From: Saprolegnia diclina VS20
Lineage: Eukaryota
Length of the DNA: 64,000 bases
Direction of reading: 5' to 3'
NCBI RefSeq assembly: GCF_000281045.1
Contig: NW_008246103.1
Location: 150,582-214,581, forward strand
Every line of letters starts with the position of its first letter. Position 1 is the stretch's first letter. Positions 1-12,370 of this stretch are shown here, in pieces. A model generated the notes under the pieces. It was not told where the DNA came from and made no database searches. It saw only the letters and a list, made by a program, of their open reading frames with translations. A program made the translations under genes and the position numbers.

Positions 1-503
1 ACGGGTCGTGGCCGTCGAGCTCGGCGAGGTGCCGCGTGTACTCGGCGAGACTCGCTGCGTGACGCGCCTAGCGTGTTCATGACGACCAAAAGATTGCTCT
101 CTGGCGTTCACGCACCTTGGCTGTCGAGAGGATGCGGTGGCCGGCTGCCCACTCGGGCTGGCGCGAGACCCGCACATGGCGCTGGAAGCGAGCGACGAGG
201 TCGTCGTCGACGGCGTCGCATGGCTAGACACAGAATGAGTACAACAAGACTATCCAAGATGGACACATGGAAGTAGTAGCGTACGCTGCTTATCGTAGGG
301 TGCACCTGGCGTCGCATCGAGGGACCGGACGGGGTGCCGTAGACTGCTGCGTAGACGCCGGACGCGTCGATTTTGTATTTTTTGAGCGCGCTCTCGGGCG
401 CGTGGACCTCGCTGCTGCAAAATGACGCAGCTGGTGGCGGCGGCTTGGCGCGCGGCTCCATCCACGCACCCAGCGACCGCGCAATCGACTCGAAGAAGCT
501 CAT
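1..503 (-). CDS. Hypothetical protein, spliced, runs off the left edge
   Basis: ATG at 503 (MSFFESIARS...). Plausible GTACGC donor near 284 and acceptor near 224, then an exon reading PCDAVDDDLVARFQRHVRV... and a GTGCGT donor near 114. No recognisable domain. Confidence 0.5.
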
Positions 504-1080
504 CGACAACGGTCAGCGGTATATTGCGATCTTCGAGGGGCGTGCCGTAACGGCTAACCGGTTAAATGCATCGTAACCGGCTGCCGTCTCGTGTTGCGGT
601 CATCCGTGCCCCTTCCTGCCCCTGCCAGCTCATGCAGTGTTTTAAACACCGACGCATAATGAACAGTAATTGATGATGATCCGTGACCGTCGAGGACCGG
701 GACAGCAACGTGCAGTTGGTTGTCTGACGGTCTGTCCACCAGCTCATATTGCAGTCTGCTTTACAAGGGATCACTGCTGCTCTTGCTACGTTTACGCCCA
801 GCCCACTTGGCTCGCCTCTGTGACGTCACTTGTCGTTTGCATGACGTCATAGCAGCGATACGAGCCACCAAGAGTTAACTTCGGACTCGGTCGGCTCGTC
901 TAGCAAGCATTGCGATGCAAAGATGTTGTATGTCGGTAATATGAAGCACCACTGGCGGCGTGGCCGTCAGTGGCTTCGCGATGTCCAACCTACCCGTTTA
1001 AAACAGCACGCATGCAGAAAGCGCTAGATTTTTTGTAAATTGCGCTGTTTAAAACAGGTGACGGCAAATCCGGGCCGGGC

Positions 1081-2032
1081 ATGCTCATTCCGCCTCTGGT
1101 TTGCTTGGCTGCCGCCGTCTTCTTGTACCTTCCGAGCATGAGCCGCGTGACGACGTACGATCAAGGCCGCATTGTTCATGTCGGCGCCTCGGGCGACGAG
1201 GTGGGCGCTGCCGTGGGCCAGCTCGTGGCCGACCTCAGCAAGGCCTCGATCGCTGCGTCGGGTCGCTTCACACTGGCGCTCTCGGGCGGCTCGCTGCCCA
1301 AGGTACGCATCCTCTCGCATCGCCGAGCTTACGCCGCGCGTTAGATTCTCGAGAAGGGTCTCGCGTCGCTCAAGGGCGACCTCGACTTCTCCAAGTGGCA
1401 CGTCTTCTTCGCCGACGAGCGCTGCGTGCCGCTTGAGCATGCGGACAGCAACTACTTGGCCTGCCACGACGCCTTGTTCCAACACGTACGTCGCATTTGG
1501 CGGTAACGCAAACGCAGTACCCTACAGCTGTGGTGTAGGTCCCGATTCCCCGTGCGCAGATCCACACGATCGTTCTGGACAGCGATCCGGCCGTCGTCGC
1601 CACCGAGTACACGCGCCAGCTTGCGAGCCTTTGGGGCCCCACGGTAGGCGACCTACCTGCGCCCAAGCAGTCCGATCTCATGGATGAGCATGCTAGCTGC
1701 CGCGTTTCGACTTGATCTTGCTCGGTATGGGCCCGGATGGGCACACGTGCTCGCTCTTCCCCGGCCACCCGCTTCTGCACGAAATGTCGCTGTGGGTCGC
1801 GCCGATCTCGGACTCGCCCAAGCCGCCGCCGCAGCGCATTACGCTCACGTACCCCGTCGTCAACAACGCGGCGGCCGTTGCTTTCGTCGCGACGGGCGAC
1901 AGCAAGGCGCCGCTCATGCGCCACATGCTGGGGCTCGAGATCCAGACGCCGTCGCTGCCCGCCGCGCGCATCTTGCCAACGCATGGCCAACTCCACTGGT
2001 TCCTCGACGACGCCGCGGCGTCCAAGCTCTAG
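1081..2032 (+). CDS. PGLS: 6-phosphogluconolactonase; introns 1303-1344, 1486-1538, 1644-1696
   Basis: Spliced product has [58 protein letters not shown] and WFLD motifs. All three introns are GT..AG and restore frame. Ends AASKL. Confidence 0.95.
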
Positions 2033-2134
2033 GGTCACTGCACGCACGTGTAATTTCCATTAAATAGCCATCGCTTGACTCTTGTCTCGTGGCTTCCCAG
2101 CTGTTGGCATCCCAGATCTTCTGCTTCCGAGAGC

Positions 2135-2659
2135 TCATCCCCGTTTGGTGTTGTCGGTTGTGGCCGTCCATGGTCGGTTGACAGAGATCTCGTGGAGGTA
2201 CTCGAGGAGGGGTTCGTCAATCGTGTGTAAGAACTCGGCGACTTGTTCGAGCTCGAGCGTGGCGGGCGGCGCGGCGTCCGGCGTCGTGTGGGCGAGGCAG
2301 AAGCCACCGAGGCGCGCGTGGTGGCCGCAGCCTTGCGCGGCACAGATGCGGCCGCCGCCGTGGCGCACACAGCGCTTGCGCGCATGGGCTTGCTTCTTGC
2401 AACCGTCGACGACGCAGAAGCGCTTGGTCGCGAGGCCGCCGTGGTCGACGCAGTAGTCGCCGCCGTTGACCGCGTTGGTGCAGTGTTCGATCGCGCACGG
2501 CTTCTTGCCGCCATGGCGCACGCAGAGGCCGCGCGCGTAGACTTGGTTGTGGCACTCGGGGAACGAGCACTTCTTTCGACGCTTGTGGAAAGCGCATTTC
2601 GAGCAGCCGTACAGCGCCTCTTGTCGGCAGTCCTTGAACATACACAGCGTCTTGGCCAT
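2135..2659 (-). CDS. Oomycete Cys/His-repeat (WRKY-like zinc-binding repeat) protein
   Basis: Tandem C-x4-C...C-x2-HGG repeats (CSFPECHNQVYARGLCVRHGG, CAIEHC...CVDHGG, CVVDGCKKQAHARKRCVRHGG). ATG at 2659. Confidence 0.75.
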   Translation of the reverse strand: MAKTLCMFKDCRQEALYGCSKCAFHKRRKKCSFPECHNQVYARGLCVRHGGKKPCAIEHCTNAVNGGDYCVDHGGLATKRFCVVDGCKKQAHARKRCVRHGGGRICAAQGCGHHARLGGFCLAHTTPDAAPPATLELEQVAEFLHTIDEPLLEYLHEISVNRPWTATTDNTKRG

Positions 2660-4299
2660 GGTTTCTTCAAATGACAGCAATGCAAAAGGCCAGTGAAGAA
2701 GCCTATACTTGACGCTGCGAGTTGGAATATCACGCGTTGGATCCCACTTTGGCGGTGGCAGCGCCATAGAAACCAGCCGCGGATGCCACTTCTGCGCGCC
2801 GCGTCAGGGTCAGTAACGATGCCTTCGTCAAGCCTGGGACGGACGCAGCGCGGCGTAACGCTAGGTACCTTGAGCTATGACCATAAGATTACCTGTCTTC
2901 AACAACTCTTGTCTAGGTTGCTTCGTCGTGATGATGCCGCGGACCACGCTGCATCGCTCGTGTCGATCCAAGTTCCCGCGCAAAACGCCCAAGATCGCAA
3001 AACCGGACCATGTGCTGCGACGCGCTGATTGGCCTGATGTGAGTGACGTCATGGTTTGCACCAATGAAAGTGCTTGGTTCGCGTGTCCCAGCAAGGATAT
3101 CATCTCTCTGACAGGCCGGGATGGCGGCGATGGATGACGGCGCTCGACACCTTGGAGCACCAAGCAGAAGAAGAATTCATTGACACACAACTTGTCTCTC
3201 ATGCGGCCAAGTCCATCCTTCTTAGCACGACGATAACAGTCAGCAAAGACGTTCCGACCCAAGCACGCGCTCCCCAACTCCATGTGGTGATGCTGGAGGC
3301 CGTTGTTGTAATGCGTCCCGAGCAAAAGGCAGCTGGTGCTGGAGAGCAGCGGTCGTCTAGAGTGTACTGTAGTAAAGGTGGTGGTGTTCTCACTTCATGC
3401 ATGCTCTCGTGTGTCGTCGCCTCAGCTTCTTTCGACGCGTACGCACTGCTGCGTTTCGGTTCCAACGTGGGAAGAATGGACGCAAATGCCGTTTCTATGG
3501 AGAGGCTCGAGAGAGGTGATGATGGCGGACGCGGGACAGGCGCAGCGCGCCTTCTCAGGCGGACCACGGACACAGACGCGAGCCATTTCCACTGCGTTCC
3601 AGAGCAACAAGGCAGAAGACACCAAGATCTTATTGCCAAAGTCGCTTCTTGCCAGACGCGATTACGGTGACGCATCCGAACTTACGCGGTCCCGGCAGTT
3701 GGTTTTGGAACAGCGCCGAATGCCACGGACTGCCGCCCAGACGCCCGGTGATGTTTACACCCCACGCTGCAATATTTCGCGAGCAAGCGGCGTCGGGCGT
3801 CGGAGGCTCGAGGACGTGGCAGCCGGACGCAGCACCAATCGCAATATACAGGGAAAAAGCAAGACTGGGGTCGCGGCGGCGCTGTCTGCGGCAGACAGGC
3901 TCGGTGGCGCCAGCTCCGTCGTCGATGCCATTGGTCGAATCTTGGCAAGGACTTGAGCCCGCACCTGAACGCCACTTGAACTTGGGCCCGCTGCTTCATA
4001 CAAAGATGCAGATCCTTCGCATCCTCGGCCATTGATTGGCCCGTGGCTTGAACTTGAAAATCGCGTGGTGTCCCGACGTGACCGGTGCATCTGTTATAAC
4101 ATGGATCCGGTGGTTGGTATAACAGGTGCAAAGTGCACTTGACACGTGCAAAGTGCCGTTACCCGGGTGTTAACTGGCACAAGGTAAGTGTTATAGCGTC
4201 CAAGATCGCACGCGACCAGCTGCTGACAAATTGGCAACACCGCCGTCCGCTCATCACTTCGGTTCCTGCCCTTCCTCGCTCAAGCAGTCTAGCAGCAGC

Positions 4300-7200
4300 A
4301 TGAGCATGATGTTCCGCAAGAAGGCGCTGGCGCCGCTGAGCCTGACCCGCCACCTCTCGACGCGCCCGGCCAAGTGCGTCGGTGTCGTCCGCGAGGTCTA
4401 CAACAAGTGGGAGCGGCGCGCGCCGCTGACGCCCGGCCACGTCCAGGAGCTCGTGCAGGCTGGCATCAACGTGCACGTGCAGCCGAGCAACCAGCGCATC
4501 TTCACCGACGACCAGTACACGGCGGCAGGCGCGGTGGTCACAAACGACCTCTCGGCGGCCAACGTCATTGTCGGCGTCAAGCAGGTGCCCATCGAGCATC
4601 TCCTCAACGACAAGACGTACCTCTTCTTCTCGCACACGATCAAGGCGCAGCCTGAGAACATGAAGCTCCTCGACGCGATCTTGGAGAAGCGCATTCGCCT
4701 CATCGACTACGAGTGCATTACCGAGGGCGGGCAGCGCAACGGCCGCCGGCTCATTGCGTTTGGCTCGTACGCGGGCCGCGCCGGCATGCTCGCGGGCTTC
4801 CGCGGCCTCGGCGAGCGCCTCATCAACAAGGGCTACTCGTCGCCGTTCGTTAACATTGGCTCGGCGTACATGTACCAGGACCTGGACCGGGCCAAGGCCG
4901 CGGTTGCGACCGCCGGCGAGCTCATCAAGAAGAACGGTCTTCCTGCCGACCTCGCGCCGCTCACCGTCGTCTTTACGGGCAGCGGCAACGTCTCGCAGGG
5001 TGCCCAAGAAGTGTTCAAGCTCCTCCCGCACGAGTTTGTGGCGCCCGAGGACCTCCCGCACCTCAAGCCCAACCGCCACGTCGTCTATGGCTGCGTCGTC
5101 GATGAAAAGCACATGGTATGGACACATACCCACAAGGGTACCTCGTCTCACCCACCTTGGATTAGGTCGAGCACAAGACCAAGAAGAACGACTTTACCAA
5201 GGAAGAGTACTACAAGCACCCGGAAGAGTACGAGCCGACGTTCCACAAGAAGGTTGCGCCATACACGTCGCTTCTTGTCAACTGCATGTACTGGGACGAC
5301 CGGTACCCGCGCTTGATCACAAAGGACCAGATGGACGAGATCACGGCTGCCAGCGGCGGCGACCCCAAGCTCCTCGGCGTCGCCGACATCTCGTGCGACA
5401 TTGGCGGCAGCGTCGAGTTCCTTGAAAAGTCGACGTACATTGAAGACCCGTTCTTCCTCTACGACATCAAGTCGCGCACGGCCAAGTCGTCGCTGGCGGG
5501 CGAGCCCGGGTACAACCTTCAATGGCTAGAAGTCGACTCGATGCTGATCAACTATTCTTGTCTAGTGTCATGATGATGGGCGTTGATATTCTGCCGAGCG
5601 AGCTCCCGAGCGAATCGTCCAACCACTTTGGCAACCACCTCGTCGGCTTTCTCAAGAGCCTCTCGGGCGGCGAAAAGGTCATTCCGGACGAGCTCCAAGG
5701 CGCGGTGATTGCGGCCGACGGGCGCCTCTCGCCCAAGTACGAGTACATCAAGGAGATGCGCCGCGACCGCGAGCGGGCGGCGGGCCACGCGTATGCGTCG
5801 GCGGCGGCGGCAGTTGCCGGCTCAACGTGCGTCGAGCTCCAAGGCCACCTCTTTGACAGCGGCCTCATCAACAGCATCTTGGATCTCATCGAAGCGCACA
5901 ACGGCGGCTTTGCGGTCGTCGAGTGCAAGGTCCGCCCCAACTTTAACGACGAGTCCAACACGACGGCCGCCAACATCTCGCGCGCTGTCGTCCAGATCAG
6001 CATGGACTCCCGGGTCCGTTGAGCGTCGTTTCGACTATGCGAGGATCTCACTCGATTGAACATTAGGCCGAGTTGGACGCGATGCTTGAAAAGATCCGCG
6101 CGCTCTCGAGCTTGACGCCGGGCGCAGCCGCGACGATCAAGGAGCTGCCGGACTATTGCATGGGCACGTACGACCAGACGCTCTCGCAGCGCGCCGAGTC
6201 GGCCAAGGAAGGCGCGGGCATGACGTTCCAGGGCAGCGTGTCGGTGTCGGCGGCCAAGGAGCGCAAGCAGATCGTGTGCCTTGGCGCGGGCCTTGTCGCG
6301 TCGCCGCTCGTCGAGTACCTCACGCGCGACGCCAACCACTCGCTGACCGTGGTCTCGGGCCTCAAGGGGGAAGCCGACGCGATGGCCGCCAAGTACAAGC
6401 ACCGCAGCGTGACGCCGGCGACGATCAACGTCGGTACGCAAAAGGACGCGGTGGCGTCACTCGTGGCATCGGCCGACTGCGTTGTCTCGCTCTTGCCGGC
6501 GCCGATGCACGTTGACATTGCCAAAGCGTGTCTCTCGTCCAAGGTGCCGCTCGTGACGGCGAGCTACATTTCGCCCGAGATGCAGGCGCTCAACGACTTG
6601 GCGGTTGCGCAGCGCATTCCGATTCTGTGCGAACTCGGCTTGGACCCGGGCATGGACCACATGAGTGCGATGAAGATCATTGACGAAGTCCAGGCGCAGA
6701 ACGGCCGCGTCGTGTCGTTTTCGTCCGTCTGCGGCGGTCTCCCCGCGCCCGAAGCCGCCGACAACCCGATCGCGTACAAGTTTTCGTGGTCGCCGCGCGG
6801 CGTGCTCACGGCGGCCCTCAACTCGGCGCAGTACCTCAAGAACGGACAAGTTGTCCAAATTCCGGGGTATATCTTTCAAAACACTCTAGTAAATGCGCAC
6901 TCAGTGTGGTGTAGGGAGGCGCTGTTGACGAGCGCGGAGCGCGTCAACTTTTTGCCGGCGTTTGCGCTCGAGCAGATCCCGAACCGCAACTCGCTGCCGT
7001 ACGCGCAGGTGTACAACATCCCGGACGCCGACTCGATCTTCCGCGGCACGCTCCGGTACGCGGGCAACTGCGCCATCATGCACCAGTGCCGCCTCCTCGG
7101 GTTGCTCAACACGAACGAGACGGCGCTGCCAGCGACGTGGCCCGAGCTCATTGCGCAGCTCAAGGCCGGCATGAGCAGCCGCTTGACGCCGGACGCCGAG

Positions 7201-7608
7201 GCGTTCCTTTCATGGCTCGGCCTCGACGATAGCAGTGCGCTCATTGACCCGTCGGCAACGTCGACGATCGATGCGTTCTGCGCGCTCTTGATTCAGAAGC
7301 TCTCGTACCTCCCGGGCGAGCGCGACATGGCCATCATGCACCACGAGTTCCACGTCGACTTTGCCGACCGCCGCGAACTCATCACGTCGACGTACGTTGG
7401 CTACGGCGACGACGAGAGCACGGTCATGGCCAAGACGGTTGGCATGAGCGCAGCGATCGGCGTCGACTTGATTCTGCGCGGCGACGTCCTTGGCCACGGT
7501 GTCTTGACGCCGACGACGCCCGACATTTACACGCCGGGCCTCGCGCGCCTCGAAGCCGAAGGCATCCGCTTCATCGAGAAGAGCCGCGTGCTGCCCAAGA
7601 CCCACTAA
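4300..7608 (+). CDS. AASS: Bifunctional lysine-ketoglutarate reductase / saccharopine dehydrogenase (alpha-aminoadipic semialdehyde synthase); introns 5116-5165, 5510-5565, 6014-6066, 6867-6914
   Basis: LKR motifs NKWERRAPLTP, FFSHTIKAQ, RLIDYE, GSGNVSQGA, DISCDIGGSVEF, GVDILPSELP. Interdomain GHLFD. SDH motifs GAGLV, ELGLDPGMDH, CGGLPAPE, YKFSWSPRG, RGTLRY, MAKTVG. Basic N-terminus resembles a mitochondrial presequence. Confidence 0.95.
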
Positions 7609-8077
7609 GCACGATAGACAAGAGTATGTACGACCTACTGGCTAGGTGGAGGACGTGAAATGAAAAACAAATTTGCGTGTGCTTGTCGTGTCCCATGGTG
7701 GGGACCACGGCGGCTTGCCATCGCTGACATGGTCGCAAGGGCTCGCCGTTCGGGGACCGACTGGCATCGCTGGCGCTGGTTGTGTGGCGCGGGTGCCGTC
7801 CCGAGGCGCTTCTGAATGTAGGCTTTTCTGTGATAGATGATGCCCTTATTGTCACTGGTCATCGCTCACCAGTCCTGTCCCTGTCGACTGAAAGGGTATC
7901 CTTCCGGGCCATGTGGGCCGTGGCTGCTCGGGTGCTCGGGTTAGGGTAACGACCGCGACCAATGCACGCGCATCCGAGTCTACGTGCGGGCGACGAACCA
8001 AGCTTCATGACACCGCCCGTATGCACTGCTGGCGAGTGTTTGGTGATGGATTGTTGAAACGAAAAGGGCGTGGGGTA

Positions 8078-11013
8078 TTAGGGAAAGCCGAGGAGCTGCA
8101 TGGCCTTTGTGGCGGCTCGTTCGGTCGCGACGTCCTTGGTCGTGGCGCTGGCCCGACACACGAGGAAGCCGTCGATGAGAAGTGCGATAGCGTGGTGCGT
8201 TGTCGCATCGGTACGCGTCATCGGCGTCGTGGCTTGGAAGATCACGTCGGCGGTCGGATGCACCTTGCGGAGGTACGTGAGCAACCGCTGGCGCGGCGAG
8301 AGCCACTCGCGATGCCGCACGACCTACGCCGAAGCGAAAATCAACTCGCGAGATCAATACAACGCCTGGCAGCGCACCTCGGGCAGGAGCGAAAAGAGCG
8401 CGTCATGCAAGAAGCCATCGACGGGCATCAGGGACCACTAGTCGTCGCATTTCTTAGCCCAGAATCAAAGCAAGCAAAGGGTACATTTTCGAGAAATGAG
8501 GCGGCGAGGAGCGCTTCAAACACATCCGCAAGGACCGCGGGGACGCGGAGGCCGTTGGCGACGACGTTGGTGCCGAGGCGAACGACATCGCCAAAGCCGT
8601 GGGCCGCGCCGACGTTGCCGAGCCGAGCGTTGTTGACGAGCGCCGACCGGAGTTTGGACAAGAGGTTTTCCTACAAGTTGGTACGTCAGTCCTTGCGCAA
8701 GAGAAGACCAGCCTGTCAACGTGGTGGTGCGGAAAAGCGCTATAGAGATGGTACGAGACGACGACTTCAAGCACGGCATCGCCGAGAAACTCGAGCCGCT
8801 CGTAGTTGCCAGGACCACTGGGAATGTACGCGTCTTGATCGATGATCGGATTCCGAAACGACTTGTGCGTCAGCGCGCGGACCCACACGTGCGTGCGCGA
8901 GAGACGTGGCACGCTGGCATGGGCAGCTTCAAACGTTTGCTTCTGCGCCACAAGCAACGCTGCTTGCGGGTGCGCTTGAAACGCCGCCGCGTCTTCGTCC
9001 AAGTAGATTTGCGCGGCTGCCATCAGCGCATCTTCCGAGAGGAAGAGAAGGTCGTGGAGCTCCGGGTCGTACGCGGCGACCATGGCCGAAACGAGGGTGC
9101 GGACGGCCGCCATGCCGTCGTCGAGGCCCTATTCCATATCGTCAGCATTTTACTTGTAGTCGCAGACGGACGAGGTCGATGAGAAGCGCGCCAAGAAGAG
9201 CTTCCAAGCAGTCGGCGGCCATCTTTCGCACCGCTTTTCTACACGCTGATGAGATGTTGGAGACGGACCTTGGCCTGTCGTACACGGGTGCGGTCGTCAC
9301 GTCATGGGCGCAGAGGACGAGATGCTGGAGACCCAATTTCATGGCCATTTCGCCGATCGTCTCGTTGCTCACGATGCTGGCTCGCATGGTTGCGAGCTGT
9401 CCCTCGGGGGCCGCACGCAGCTAGTTTCAAGTGTGCGCGATAAGATCTGACAACACGTCGTCCGCATACCCGAAGAAAGGTGGCGCCCGCCGCCACGAGA
9501 CTCAGCGCCGCATCGCCAAGAAACTCGAGGCGGCCATACGACCGCAGGTACGGCGACAGATCCATTGGCTTGAAGTCTCGGTCGTCGTGGGCGTCCACAA
9601 TCGCCTCGAGCTCCGACATCTACACCACCTTGTTACGCTTTGTCCGAGCTTGTAACGCGGATACCGGCGCTTTTCGCTTCTTGGTGGATAGCAGCGACGG
9701 GCGAGAGAGCGGCATGCCCAGTCGCACGCGCGCGTGGATGGCGGGGGCGCAGTTGGCCGAATGGATGCCGCACTCGACGTACGAGATGTGCAGGAATGCT
9801 TCATGGCAGAGCGCCGGGTTCCGGAAGGAGAGACCCCACGTCGCTTGCAAGTGGCGCAGTCTTCGGGCGTGGGCCAACGCTCTCGTCACAAGCGGCAGCG
9901 CCGTAGCGATCTAAACCCATAAGAGCACCGTGTCTCGAGATACCACTGTACTTCGATGACGTCGGCCTTGAGACCCGAGAGGAAGCACTCGGACGCGCGC
10001 TGATCAAAGCTGCATTTCTCCACCGGCGTGGCCTTGCAGTGGATGGCCCCCAAGCGCTGGTGGAAATTGAACTGGCGCAAATCGGCGACGCCGTCGTGGG
10101 CGGGTGCCCCCTGTCCTTCGTGGTAGACTCGGCCCTATCGAGGAGGTGATATCTCCAGTCCTAACATGTTCGTGGAGCGGAGGAGCCAATGTACCAGAAA
10201 CGCATTGGCGCGGTCGACGCGGAAGTAGTCTGCGGTGCTCCGTGAGACATCACCGTTCCGAAGATGATGGCAACCTCGTTTGGGGCTTGTCGACACAACG
10301 TGGTACTTGAGCCGCGCCTCCGAGTACGTGGCCATGAACGCATGGGCCGTCATCGACGACGACGCTTGTACGTAGTCCAAGAGCGCAGGGAGCGGCAAGA
10401 GGGCTCCGATGCCAAAGCCGAGGCGATGCGACGCAGTCACCTAGGTCGCACATGGCATTCCATCGTCTCGTTGAAGCGAGGTTGGTACGTGACGCAGGGT
10501 CTCGGGCGTCTGGTCCTTCCGAGAGACGAAGCGCGGGTAGAGGTGCATGCCATTTTCACCTTGAAATCCCGGAAGATCCGAGATGGGGATGCGAAGCAGC
10601 TGCCAGAGCACAAACTGCTCAAACGAAAGCATCGCGTCGTGCTCGATATGCGGCAGGTCGGCCACGTGCGGTGGCAGCTCCTGTGGCACGAGCGCCAGCG
10701 TGCACGTGACGCCACTGCGCACATACTCGATCTACCGCGTGTGCATGAGATGAAGAAGCACCAGGACGAGCAAGCGCTTACCGGTGGCATGGCGTCGGCG
10801 CCGAGGAGGAAGAAGCCGTCAAAGATGTACTCGTCGGCGTCGACCACGATGCTTGTCTTCTCCATGTCCTCGAGAGAGACTAGAGGTAGACATGAGAAGC
10901 GGCTGCATGCGCATGCGTCTACCTTCGGCCGTCCACTGCATGACCACGCCAACCGTCATGCTGGCGATCGCGGGGTTTTCACGGGTCAAGTGTCCGGATA
11001 ATGAAACAACCAT
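8078..11013 (-). CDS. DCL2: Drosha-like RNase III (oomycete DCL2-type): central domain + RIIIa + RIIIb + C-terminal dsRBD; multi-intron, 5' end uncertain
   Basis: Two RNase III signatures (YGRLEFLGDAALS...ADCLEALLGA; NYERLEFLGDAVLE...ADVFEALLAA). dsRBD-like C-terminus (WLSPRQRL...ATTKDVATERAATKAMQLL). Drosha-like upstream motifs (DEYIFDGF, HLYPRFV, SGLKADV). No helicase domain seen. Confidence 0.85.
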
Positions 11014-12335
11014 CGCCGTATCCGGTGCCGGTTGGCTCACGTGAGCTGGTCAGTTTACCGGCTCAACCTTGAAGCTATGCGTTGGGAGTCCCTCTAGCGG
11101 TTGCGCTCTCGAAGAGTTGACACCTACGCAAGAAGACTTTGGCGACGACCTTGTTTTGCCCTGGACGTCTTGATGGTCGAGCTCTGGGGCTGTTCATGAT
11201 GGGGTTAGAACAGGGTGGCCAATGAAACGTTACCGAGACTACTTGCGTCGTCGGGGAAAGCTGCTGAGAGATCAAATACGTAGGGACATTGCCACAGAGA
11301 ATGCTAGTAGCAAAAGATCGTGCGAAAAACAAAATGCGAGCTGGAGGCAGACTGCGTTATTCGTTGCTGGTCGGTTTCAAACCTCCCACCGCGACAAAAA
11401 GCGGTGATTCACCAAAAAGGTTCGGCTCATCCTGGGCCTATTTCCAGTGTGAACATACTGGTATGAGTTTGGCTCTGCGGTCTGGCGGCACTCACTACGA
11501 TAATCTCGAAGAAGTATTGCAAATGCGCGTGGTAGTCCTCGCACAAGGTTCTAGTCGTTGCTGTAAGCAAGGGACGTGGTGACGCTTCGATAGCCCCCAT
11601 CGATAACGAAAAGCCTACCGGTACGTGCACGGACCTTTGTCGCATTTTTCTCGTGGTGGCACCATTGTAGTTGCCATTTGACGAGCCACCGACCGATGCT
11701 CCGAGTGGCCGCATGCGTCTTTGTCGTGCGATCGTGTATGCAGGACTCGCCGATCAGTTGGTTCTCTATACTTTGCTTTATCATACCACCAGATAGCAAT
11801 GAATGGTGCAAGGTTGTTCCACCAGGGCTCTCCCAAAACGCGGTACTGGTGGACCCAAAAGGGAGAAATCTACCAGAAGAAAGAAATTTGCACTGAAATT
11901 ACGGTGATTCTATTTGCCAACGTGTCGGTATGAAACGGTTCCATTTGTATCCACTTTAAAGACACGCCCGCCAGGAATACGTGAACTAGAATCCGGTGTA
12001 ATTCCTATAACCTCGTTCGTCCACCAATCAGACGCGACGCTGTTCACCAGGCTGGGTCCTGCATCACGTGGTGCCAGTATTTCAGTACTGGATCGTTTGG
12101 TGGATACAAAAAAGTCGTATAAATCCTTTGCCGAGGACGTACCCATATGACCAACTTCAACACAGAGGGCCAACTTCAACCACGCATGGCGGACTGCAAT
12201 ACCAGCTTCAATACCCTCTTCTTCAACGTCACTCGAGCTACTGCTTTGCGACCACGCCTTTGGCTGCCCAGCCGGTCGGGCGATGCCACATGACCTGTTT
12301 GGCCTCTGCACGGCCGCGTTTGATCTACAGCGCAT

Positions 12336-12349
12336 TCACTTTTCCATTT
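12336..12349 (+). promoter_or_regulatory. Oomycete Inr+FPR core promoter
   Basis: TCACTTTTCCATTT about 25 nt upstream of the sugar transporter ATG; resembles the oomycete YCAYTY...WTTY initiator/flanking element. Confidence 0.55.
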
Positions 12350-12370
12350 ACCACCTCCAACTCAAGGACC

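Noticed and set aside
2800..4130. Overlapping medium ORFs between the WRKY-like gene and AASS
   Set aside because: No recognisable domain or consistent splice model; could be a decayed gene but cannot be supported.
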